A stretch of DNA of 26,792 nucleotides, taken from positions 1 through 26,792 of IMG/VR virus record IMGVR_UViG_3300020042_006106; one strand, 5' to 3'. Every line of letters begins with the position of its first letter. Within the stretch, counting starts at the first letter, position 1. Of this stretch, positions 18,588 to 26,792 are shown one piece after another. Under the pieces are notes generated by a model. The model was not told the origin of the DNA. It ran no database searches and worked only from the letters and a program-made list of their open reading frames with translations. The position numbers and the translations under genes are program-made. This DNA comes from a virus (Duplodnaviria; Caudoviricetes).

Positions 18588-19192
18588 TTGGTTAACTCCT
18601 TTGACAATGTGGCTTCCAATTGCGCCTTTTTAGCGTCTTTTTTGGTGATGACCTTGGTCTGCCATGCCTGCTCGCCATTTGTCGCCTTGTATGCGTCTTT
18701 GTAGGCTTGCTGTAGCTCTTTGATGGTGGTCACCTCATCCATTGCCGCCAACAGGTCAGCTATTTGGCTTTCGTTAACCGTGGATTTGATTTCGGTGCGG
18801 CGGCTGGCGGCTACACCGTCATCATCTTCAGGGGCGAGACCTGTGGCGGCTAACAAACTGTATCTCCGCGCATAAGTCAAGCAGCTACCAAAACCCATTG
18901 CATCCAGTTTGCTGGCAGGCAAATGGAGCATCCCGCATTCCATGACTTCACCTGATTCATGGATAAACACGGTTTCTACCAAAACACCGTCTTTGCATTC
19001 ATAGGTACGTTGCATAAGACCGATGTTGTTGGCGTTTAAAGCCTCTATGACCGCCTCAATGCAATTAGCTAAGTCAGCATACTTGGATTTAAAGTGCGGG
19101 TTTACAGACGTTTTTAGAGCTGGCCCGAACTGGCGTTGTGCTTTGACAAATGCTGCGGCAATGTGTTTTCCAATGGGTGTAAAAGTTTCCAT
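18584..19192 (-). CDS. erf: ERF family single-strand annealing protein
   Basis: NPHFKSKYADL, GSCLTYARRYSL..EDDDG. Confidence 0.92.
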   Translation of the reverse strand: METFTPIGKHIAAAFVKAQRQFGPALKTSVNPHFKSKYADLANCIEAVIEALNANNIGLMQRTYECKDGVLVETVFIHESGEVMECGMLHLPASKLDAMGFGSCLTYARRYSLLAATGLAPEDDDGVAASRRTEIKSTVNESQIADLLAAMDEVTTIKELQQAYKDAYKATNGEQAWQTKVITKKDAKKAQLEATLSKELTK

Positions 19193-19201
19193 GTTGTCTC
19201 C

Positions 19202-19441
19202 TTAATGAAATTTAGGGCCACAGGTCACATCCACGATGGTCTCTGCGGTGTAACCGTTGATCTTGCGTTTACCAAACACGGTGATGGCTCTAAGGTTAGA
19301 GGTCTCGCATTGCTTGATGGCATCAATAACTTCACTTCTGCCCATTGATTGGATTTGCTTATCCATAATGAGCTGTTGTTCAGTTATTTTGGATTCGCTG
19401 GCGCAACCGACCAGCACTAAAAGTAAAAGTGCGTATTTCAT
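19202..19441 (-). CDS. Small lipoprotein
   Basis: AGGA RBS; MKYALLLLVLVGC lipobox. Confidence 0.75.
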   Translation of the reverse strand: MKYALLLLVLVGCASESKITEQQLIMDKQIQSMGRSEVIDAIKQCETSNLRAITVFGKRKINGYTAETIVDVTCGPKFH

Positions 19442-19448
19442 GGTTATC

Positions 19449-19715
19449 CTAAAAGTGGTTGTTAAGGAGTGAGCTGTAAACCCTTGCCGCACGTTTGTGG
19501 TCAGGTTCGTAGTCGGTGTGTTCTTTGGTGCATTGCAACAAGTAGTTGTATTCGGCTTTGGTAAGGTCATTGGTAACGTCCAAGCCCTCATAAGTAACGG
19601 TTAAATCAAAGTAACCGCTTAATTCCCAATCATCGCCCTCACACCAATACCATTCAACATCAACCACGCCAAGGCGGTTTAAATGCTCTTCAAATGTGCC
19701 TGTTTCTTCCATCAT
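19449..19715 (-). CDS. Acidic hypothetical protein
   Basis: GGAG RBS; ATGA coupling with the upstream gene. Confidence 0.65.
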   Translation of the reverse strand: MMEETGTFEEHLNRLGVVDVEWYWCEGDDWELSGYFDLTVTYEGLDVTNDLTKAEYNYLLQCTKEHTDYEPDHKRAARVYSSLLNNHF

Positions 19716-19831
19716 GCTCTCCAAACAAATATGTCGAGAGCAACCACCACAATGGCGGTAACCGATACGATCCACATAGCAACGTAAAACCAATCGGTGG
19801 GTTTTTTGTATTTTTCTATTTCAAACATCAT
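19712..19831 (-). CDS. 39 aa single-TM protein, first gene of the leftward operon, not in the ORF track
   Basis: MMFEIEKYKKPTDWFYVAMWIVSVTAIVVVALDIFVWRA*; TAGGAG RBS. Confidence 0.7.
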   Translation of the reverse strand: MMFEIEKYKKPTDWFYVAMWIVSVTAIVVVALDIFVWRA

Positions 19832-19873
19832 TTCTCCTAAAAGACCCTGTGCAAAATTGCTGGGGCATGGTGC

Positions 19874-19902
19874 ATTGTTAAGCTAACTAAACAAACAGTC
19901 AA
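19874..19902 (-). promoter_or_regulatory. Leftward early promoter with overlapping operator-like palindrome
   Basis: TTGACT-N17-AACAAT; imperfect palindrome ATTGTTAAGCTAACTAAACAAA at 19874-19895. Confidence 0.65.
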
Positions 19903-19912
19903 GGGTTTTTTA

Positions 19913-19927
19913 TAGGGACTTTCCCTA
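19913..19927. promoter_or_regulatory. Palindromic site between the divergent promoters
   Basis: TAGGGA-CTT-TCCCTA. Confidence 0.55.
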
Positions 19928-19930
19928 ATG

Positions 19931-19959
19931 TCGCTTATTTGTTAATTAGGCTTTACAAT
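19931..19959 (+). promoter_or_regulatory. Rightward promoter for cro with overlapping operator-like palindrome
   Basis: TCGCTT-N17-TACAAT; TTTGTTAATTAGGCTTTACAAT matches the reverse complement of the left site at 17/22 positions. Confidence 0.6.
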
Positions 19960-19965
19960 CCCCTG

Positions 19966-20121
19966 ATGACAAAAGAACAATTAGTACAGTTGGCAGGCTC
20001 ACAAAGTGAGCTTGCTAGGCTATTGAAGATTTCAAGGGCGGCGGTGTGTTTGTGGAAAACCGTGCCTGAGTTGCGAATGCGCCAGCTTAGAGACTTGCGT
20101 CCTGAGTGGTTTACAACTTAA
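19966..20121 (+). CDS. cro: Cro-like HTH repressor
   Basis: AGSQSELARLLKISRAAVCLW..VPELR; first rightward gene of the switch. Confidence 0.82.
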   Translation: MTKEQLVQLAGSQSELARLLKISRAAVCLWKTVPELRMRQLRDLRPEWFTT

Positions 20122-20137
20122 AAAAATTATGTATACT
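20110..20137 (+). promoter_or_regulatory. Sigma70-like promoter upstream of the structured RNA
   Basis: TTTACA-N16-TATACT. Confidence 0.6.
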
Positions 20138-20143
20138 CACAAC

Positions 20144-20304
20144 CGTCTAGAGTGGCATCTAGGCGATGAAGCAACCAATAAACCCCGCAGGGTACTGTGT
20201 GGTCTTGTCGTACGGCAAGCGAGACTTTTGAGTTGCTTCAATCGCCTTGCTGTTGCTCTCGCCAAGAGCCAAGACCACAGAGCATCTTGCGGGGTTTTTG
20301 CTTT
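20144..20304 (+). ncRNA. C4/CI-like antisense RNA with upstream cis target
   Basis: 28-bp closing stem 20180-20207/20270-20297 enclosing two hairpins (one with a CGCCA loop); upstream hairpin with a TGGC loop and a 15-nt complementary tract; U-tract after the stem. Confidence 0.7.
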
Positions 20305-20540
20305 TGGACAACGCAATGCGGTACGTCGATGGTTGCGATTGAGATACCCCGATACACGAGCAAACCAAATCGGGGAGCGTGGGCTTAGTCTTAGAGCGCG
20401 GTGGTTGAAACAGTCTGAGATAGTGCGATGCGATGACATGGCTCCGAAGAGCAACATCGAGGCACAGGCGAACTTTGATTTTGATCACGGTAAGGCTGTG
20501 CTTTGCTCCAACATTCACCAAAGAGCAATAAGGGGTACAT

Positions 20541-20774
20541 ATGAGGCAATGCAAGTGTGGGGGATTGATACGAGAACATCAACTGACCAACAACAGGGTT
20601 GCATGGACTTGCAACGAATGCGGTCGATATGAACAACTGGAGGATCAAAAATGTTTGAATCAGGCTTTGAAAGATTTTGGGCAGCTTGGCCTATCAGCAC
20701 ACGCAAAGGCGGCAAGTCTGATTGCCTCAAGCGGTGGGAGAAGTATTATTGTGATAGCTGCGTTGATCAAATAA
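20541..20774 (+). CDS. Small zinc-ribbon protein
   Basis: CKCGG..WTCNECG; AAGGGG RBS. Confidence 0.55.
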   Translation: MRQCKCGGLIREHQLTNNRVAWTCNECGRYEQLEDQKCLNQALKDFGQLGLSAHAKAASLIASSGGRSIIVIAALIK

Positions 20775-21004
20775 TCAAGCACATTGAATGGATGAAAACC
20801 ACCGACCAATGGCGCAAAGACGGTGGGGCTTACATACCCTCACCCGCTGTTTACCTAAACCAACGCCGCTGGGATGGCGCTGAGATACCTGAAATTAAAA
20901 AAACCATCAACATTTTGGACAAACTGGCAGAAGACCGAGCCAGAGCTGTACCGATGCCTGCTGACGTAAAAGCCCGATTGGATGCGCTTCGGGGTCGCAG
21001 ATGA
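20651..21004 (+). CDS. Replication-initiator C-terminal-like protein
   Basis: FERFWAAWP..K..YIPSPAVYLNQRRWD; GGAGG RBS. Confidence 0.65.
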   Translation: MFESGFERFWAAWPISTRKGGKSDCLKRWEKYYCDSCVDQIIKHIEWMKTTDQWRKDGGAYIPSPAVYLNQRRWDGAEIPEIKKTINILDKLAEDRARAVPMPADVKARLDALRGRR

Positions 21005-21210
21005 ACCATGAGCACAGACAAGTCGCCAACAGCATTCTTTCCCGACTCAAAGACGGGGAACAATTTAGCCAATCTGTCATCCGAACAGCGCTTAGAGATA
21101 CAGGAGACCTTGCGGACGATGGAGGCGAGGGACTGGATCAAGCGGTACAAGAAGAAAATCAAGGAGGAGGGCAAAAGAGAAGCCTACGTTTGGTGGCTAA
21201 AAACAATTGA
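21001..21210 (+). CDS. Hypothetical protein
   Basis: ATGA-coupled to the upstream gene; GGGG RBS. Confidence 0.5.
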   Translation: MNHEHRQVANSILSRLKDGEQFSQSVIRTALRDTGDLADDGGEGLDQAVQEENQGGGQKRSLRLVAKNN

Positions 21211-21286
21211 AGACATTGAAAAACGCCGAGGCAAAACTGAAGCTGACGATTTACGCAGGAGAATGAATGAGGGCGGCAAAAATTGA
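21008..21286 (+). CDS. Hypothetical helical protein (start uncertain; alternative ATG 21119)
   Basis: MEARDWIKRY..WWLKTIEDIEKRRG; AGGAG upstream of 21119. Confidence 0.55.
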   Translation: MSTDKSPTAFFPDSKTGNNLANLSSEQRLEIQETLRTMEARDWIKRYKKKIKEEGKREAYVWWLKTIEDIEKRRGKTEADDLRRRMNEGGKN

Positions 21287-21554
21287 TGCAAATCAAGAAG
21301 CGGTGGTTACGGCGCTACGAGCGGCTGGCGCTTCGGTGCAATCTTTGGCTGGTGTTGGCAAGGGTGTACCTGATTTGCTGGTGGGTTTTAAAGGCCAGAC
21401 CCTGCTTATGGAAGTTAAGGACGGCTTTAAACCGCCGTCCAAGAGGTCTTTGAATGAAGACCAGCTACGGTGGCACGGCGTGTGGAAAGGCGGCGCATTG
21501 GCGGTTGTAGACAGCCCTGATGCGGCTTTAAGAATGATTGGGGTGATTAAGTGA
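21267..21554 (+). CDS. VRR-NUC-like PD-(D/E)xK nuclease / putative Holliday junction resolvase
   Basis: KIDANQ..GKGVPDLLVG..LMEVKDG..LNEDQ. Confidence 0.85.
   Translation: MRAAKIDANQEAVVTALRAAGASVQSLAGVGKGVPDLLVGFKGQTLLMEVKDGFKPPSKRSLNEDQLRWHGVWKGGALAVVDSPDAALRMIGVIK
21542..21554 (+). repeat. 13-bp direct repeat, left copy
   Basis: GGTGATTAAGTGA, identical to 22394-22406. Confidence 0.85.
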
Positions 21555-22402
21555 ATCCATATGAAATAACAGAGCCAACGTGCATCAGTTTTAGCGGTGG
21601 GCGCACAAGTGCTTATATGCTGCATAAAGTATTAGAGTGCGGGGGGGGGCAACTGCCAAACAAGGCTAAGGTTATTTTTTGTAATACAGGAAAAGAGGAA
21701 GAAGCTACTTTGAAATTTGTAAATGATTGTTCAAAACATTGGAATGTTGAAATTACTTGGTTGGAATTTGCTGTTGTGAATGACGTAAAAATTTCAAAAG
21801 TTGTTAATTATCAAACCGCAAGTAGAAATGGCGAGCCTTTTGAAACGGTAATTAAATGGTTTGAGCCTAGTTTGCCAAATGGTAGGGCCAGATATTGTTC
21901 AAGCCAAATGAAAACCAGAACCATGCACCGACATTTGCGATCAATTGGGTGGACTGATTGGGATTCATTTATAGGCATACGGGCAGATGAACCAAGGAGA
22001 GTGGCTAAATTTCGCGCCAATCCACATCCTGAAAACAAACATGAAACGGTTTTTATGCCGCTTGTTCCTGACAATGTTTCATCAAAAGAAGTTGGCAATT
22101 TTTGGAAAAACCAAACTTTTGACCTTGAATTGCCAAACATGAACGGCAAAACAATGCACGGAAACTGTGATTTATGTATGTTGAAACCAAAATCCCAAGT
22201 ACTGAGTTTGATTAAAGAAAAGCCAGAACGGGCGCTTTGGTGGATAAAACAAGAAGAAGAAGCGGCAAAAAGATGCCACGGAGATGGCAAATTCTTTGCT
22301 ATTGACCGACCCAGCTATGCCCAAATGTATAAATATTCAGCAGAACAAACTGATATGTTTGATCCTGATGAAGAAGCAATTTCATGTTTTTGCGGTGATT
22401 AA
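21551..22402 (+). CDS. PAPS reductase (CysH)-like Fe-S protein
   Basis: ISFSGGRTS PP-loop, NTGKE, RYCSSQMK, IGIRADEPRR, GNCDLC, SCFCGD. Confidence 0.85.
   Translation: MNPYEITEPTCISFSGGRTSAYMLHKVLECGGGQLPNKAKVIFCNTGKEEEATLKFVNDCSKHWNVEITWLEFAVVNDVKISKVVNYQTASRNGEPFETVIKWFEPSLPNGRARYCSSQMKTRTMHRHLRSIGWTDWDSFIGIRADEPRRVAKFRANPHPENKHETVFMPLVPDNVSSKEVGNFWKNQTFDLELPNMNGKTMHGNCDLCMLKPKSQVLSLIKEKPERALWWIKQEEEAAKRCHGDGKFFAIDRPSYAQMYKYSAEQTDMFDPDEEAISCFCGD
21641..21649 (+). repeat. G9 homopolymer inside the PAPS reductase-like gene
   Basis: TGC GGG GGG GGG CAA, in frame. Confidence 0.9.
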
Positions 22403-22406
22403 GTGA
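22394..22406 (+). repeat. 13-bp direct repeat, right copy
   Basis: GGTGATTAAGTGA. Confidence 0.85.
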
Positions 22407-22681
22407 GAAGCCTTGAGCAAAACCGGCTAATGTGGGCAAACCTTGAGGACATTGCCCAGCAAGTGGTTTGGTACGGTCAAAAGCTACACAAAGAAGAATG
22501 GAAAGATGTGCTGACTGCTGCGTTGAAAAAACAAAAGATTGTCCCCGGCATTGAGGGCGGCTTTGTGGTCATTGGCGCAAGAACAAGCAAAATGACCGTG
22601 GCTGAGATGAACGAGGTCATTGAGCTGTCAACCATGTTTGGCGCACAGCAGGGCGTTAAGTTTCGGGCTTTAGAGGAATAA
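22403..22681 (+). CDS. ninB: NinB family recombination protein
   Basis: RSLEQNRLMWANLEDIAQQV..EEWKD..RTSKMTVAEMNEVIE..FGAQQGVKF. Confidence 0.88.
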   Translation: MRSLEQNRLMWANLEDIAQQVVWYGQKLHKEEWKDVLTAALKKQKIVPGIEGGFVVIGARTSKMTVAEMNEVIELSTMFGAQQGVKFRALEE

Positions 22682-22707
22682 AAAGGGGATCGGCACAAGG
22701 CCGACCC
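22680..22707 (-). terminator. Terminator-like hairpin oriented on the minus strand
   Basis: Minus strand GGGTCGGC-cttgt-GCCGATCCC-C-TTTTT. Confidence 0.55.
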
Positions 22708-22757
22708 AAAATAATCACCGCAAGCATTTAAAACGGCAACCAAAAATAAGTGTACCC

Positions 22758-23111
22758 ATGTTTCAAAAACACAATTATGTAAGGTCAAAAAAGCTACTCA
22801 AGCTGGTGGCAGGGCTTGACTGCCAAGCCTGCGGGTCGGGCCAGATGGTGCAGGCCGCACACACAAACTGGGGTGGTGGCAAAGGCAGGGGCGTAAAGGC
22901 TGATGACAATCTAGTGGCGGCTTTGTGCTTGAAATGCCATTATGAAATTGACCAAGGCAAAGACATGAGCAAAGAGGAACGCCAAGAAATGTGGGAACAA
23001 GCGCACATTGCCACGGTAAAAAAACTGTACATCCAAGGCTTATGGCCTGTTGACGTACCTATTCCAGCGTTTACAATTGACGTGCAGTTGTCTTCTTTGC
23101 AGGGGCATTGA
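22758..23111 (+). CDS. DUF968/DUF1364-like zinc-finger (HNH-like) protein
   Basis: CQACG..QAAH..KADD..AALCLKCHYEID. Confidence 0.75.
   Translation: MFQKHNYVRSKKLLKLVAGLDCQACGSGQMVQAAHTNWGGGKGRGVKADDNLVAALCLKCHYEIDQGKDMSKEERQEMWEQAHIATVKKLYIQGLWPVDVPIPAFTIDVQLSSLQGH
23050..23077 (+). promoter_or_regulatory. Putative late promoter (pR'-like)
   Basis: TTGACG-N16-TACAAT upstream of the terminase operon. Confidence 0.7.
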
Positions 23112-23125
23112 CCCCTGCTTTTTTT
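23099..23125 (+). terminator. Rho-independent terminator (tR'-like)
   Basis: GCAGGGG-cattga-CCCCTGC-TTTTTTT. Confidence 0.88.
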
Positions 23126-23270
23126 GCCAAGACGCATGGAGATTGTCACTTTAAGCTGGTGAATTCAACCAGTCTCCAGCCGTGTTGGTGGAAAACGGTT
23201 TAGCTCCGGTGGGAGTTTTTTGTTGTTGAATTGCGCCCAAATCCTGCTTTATGGAAGCCACTAACAACCT
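23126..23270 (+). ncRNA. Structured non-coding leader of the late operon
   Basis: Stems 23137-45/23170-78, 23126-34/23181-89 and 23183-91/23258-66. Confidence 0.5.
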
Positions 23271-23282
23271 TTAAGGATGACC

Positions 23283-23639
23283 ATGAAAAAAGACGTTGCC
23301 GACTTTATTTCCACGCTGTTTCACAGCTCCACGGTGACGCATTTCATGCACCTGAGCACCGATTCATACGCCGTACACAAGGCTTTGGGTAAATACTACC
23401 CTGCCATTGTTGACTTGGCTGACAACTACGCAGAAGCGTATTCTGGCTGTTACGAAAAGATTAAGGACTTTCCTGAGAACTTTCACAACGCCAAAGACCC
23501 TGTTAAGTACCTAACCAGCATCAAAACCTACATTGAGAAAAACCGCGAGGCTTTGCCAGACGATAGCCATTTGCAAAACATTGTGGATGAAATAGCTGCG
23601 CTGGTGGACAGCACAATCTATTTACTGTCATTAAAATGA
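23283..23639 (+). CDS. Ferritin/Dps-like four-helix bundle protein (DUF5856-like)
   Basis: THFMHL..YAVHKALGKYY..DLADNYAEAY..NIVDEI..STIYLL; AAGGA RBS. Confidence 0.7.
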   Translation: MKKDVADFISTLFHSSTVTHFMHLSTDSYAVHKALGKYYPAIVDLADNYAEAYSGCYEKIKDFPENFHNAKDPVKYLTSIKTYIEKNREALPDDSHLQNIVDEIAALVDSTIYLLSLK

Positions 23640-24316
23640 TCAGGATATTTGCTGGCTACGACCCAAGGGAGGCCATTGGCTACCATGTGTTCTGCCAGAG
23701 ACTGATTGAACGCACCAGCGAGCCAGTCGCCATAACACCGTTATACGGTACACAGCGGGACGGCACAAACGCATTTACTTACCAGCGGTTTTTAGTCCCC
23801 TATTTCACCAAATTCACTGGCAGGGCGATATTTATGGATGCCAGCGATATGCTGATGCTGTCCAACATTGATGATTTGAGCAAGCTGTTTGACCCGACCA
23901 AGGCGGTGCAAGTTGTTAAGCACGATTACCTGACCAAGCACCCAAAGAAATACATTGGCACACCGATGGAAGCGGCGAATCGGGACTATCCCCGAAAGAA
24001 CTGGTCAAGCCTGATTTTGTGGAACTGCGACCACCCAAGAAACAAGGTGCTGACACCTGACTTTGTGGCTGACCACAGCGGCTCAGACTTGCATCGTTTC
24101 GGTTGGTTGCCCGATTCACTTATCGGTGAGCTACCGAAAGAATGGAACGTATTGGTAGGCGAACAAGACAACAAAAACGCCAAGATTGCTCACTACACGC
24201 TGGGCATACCTGAGTTTGACCATTACCAAGATTGTGATTTCAGCAAGCAGTGGCACAATACCAAAAGCCGAATGATGAACGGCCTAATCAAAATGAAAGA
24301 GGTTGTCCATGCCTGA
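23636..24316 (+). CDS. GT-A (GT8-like) glycosyltransferase
   Basis: IFAGYDPRE, FTYQRFLVP, IFMDASDML, YPRKNWSS, LPKEWN, HYTLGIP. Confidence 0.8.
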   Translation: MIRIFAGYDPREAIGYHVFCQRLIERTSEPVAITPLYGTQRDGTNAFTYQRFLVPYFTKFTGRAIFMDASDMLMLSNIDDLSKLFDPTKAVQVVKHDYLTKHPKKYIGTPMEAANRDYPRKNWSSLILWNCDHPRNKVLTPDFVADHSGSDLHRFGWLPDSLIGELPKEWNVLVGEQDNKNAKIAHYTLGIPEFDHYQDCDFSKQWHNTKSRMMNGLIKMKEVVHA

Positions 24317-24683
24317 TTACAGCCTGTTAGCCCAAGCCCTAAGCCGTGAACCCGGCTTGTCTGGCGCAAGGTATTTGGAAACCGGACAAAACATAACTGA
24401 TGGCACATTGAAAGGCAAAGGATACTTTGGTGAGATACCTGTAAACCAAGGCGGCGCAATGACTGAGTTTTCAAGCGCCTATGAACAAGACGGCAAAATG
24501 GTGTCACACCCATTGCTAGTGCCAACCCTTAACAAACAGGAAATTGACCTGTTAAGAATGGGAATAGAGCCAACGCCAGAGATATACAAAAAAGCACAAG
24601 ACTATGCCCAGCAACGAATCGGTGCAGGTCAAAGCCCATTTGCAAGCCCGCAAGAGTTAAGATACCCCATCCCCACTGAATAA
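24309..24683 (+). CDS. Hypothetical phage protein
   Basis: GAGG RBS; KGKGYFG..MTEFS..PLLVPTL. Confidence 0.65.
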   Translation: MPDYSLLAQALSREPGLSGARYLETGQNITDGTLKGKGYFGEIPVNQGGAMTEFSSAYEQDGKMVSHPLLVPTLNKQEIDLLRMGIEPTPEIYKKAQDYAQQRIGAGQSPFASPQELRYPIPTE

Positions 24684-24697
24684 CATAATGCTTTATT

Positions 24698-24996
24698 ATG
24701 AATGATATAACTAAAGTAGTTAAGAATAGAAAAAAAGCTGGCGGTAGGTCTGCGGGTACGCCTAATAAGGTCACAGCGCAAGCTAGAGAGGCCATAGCAA
24801 TGTTTGTGGATGGTAATGCTCACCGACTCACACAATGGCTTGATGACGTTGCTAATGGCATTCCCGAGGCTGACATAAAACCCAACCCTGCCAAAGCCTT
24901 TGAGCTATTCCAATCGGTAGTTGAATACCATGTACCCAAGTTAGCAAGGACTGAGATCACCGGCAAGGATGATGGGCCGGTAGAAATGGTGGTGAC

Positions 24997-25015
<19 letters not shown>
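24698..25015 (+). CDS. terS: Terminase small subunit
   Basis: GGRSAGTPNKVT N-terminus, RTEITGKDDGPV C-terminus; directly upstream of terL. Confidence 0.75.

Positions 25016-26792
<1,777 letters not shown>

Noticed and set aside
20129-20632. 167-aa ORF and the antisense ORFs across the post-cro region
   Set aside because: The start overlaps the -10 box, there is no RBS or recognisable motif, and RNA structure explains the region better. An Ash-like reading frame cannot be fully excluded.
23126-23270. tRNA in the late leader
   Set aside because: No cloverleaf, T-loop GTTC motif or matching acceptor stem with CCA end.

Overview
Bases 1 to about 25497 are most of a circularly permuted, podovirus-like tailed phage genome. 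In order: a post-capsid accessory block (two DUF115/Maf-like proteins, a GT-B glycosyltransferase domain, a SAM methyltransferase), adaptor, nozzle, acetyltransferase, three ejection-type proteins, an array of tail fibres with small chaperones, a lysis cassette, a leftward early recombination operon (ERF, YqaJ exonuclease, SSB-like), a divergent switch with cro but no cI or integrase, a C4-like antisense RNA, a nin-like region, a late promoter with terminator and structured leader, then terS and the start of terL. At about 25497 terL is cut off and joined head-on to an AT-richer, opposite-strand fragment carrying ruvB-like and truncated groEL genes, most likely an assembly or amplification chimera. 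The best candidate for a new system is the Maf-like/GT/methyltransferase block inside the virion operon, possibly a virion glycosylation system. All family calls come from motif recognition by eye; no database searches were run.
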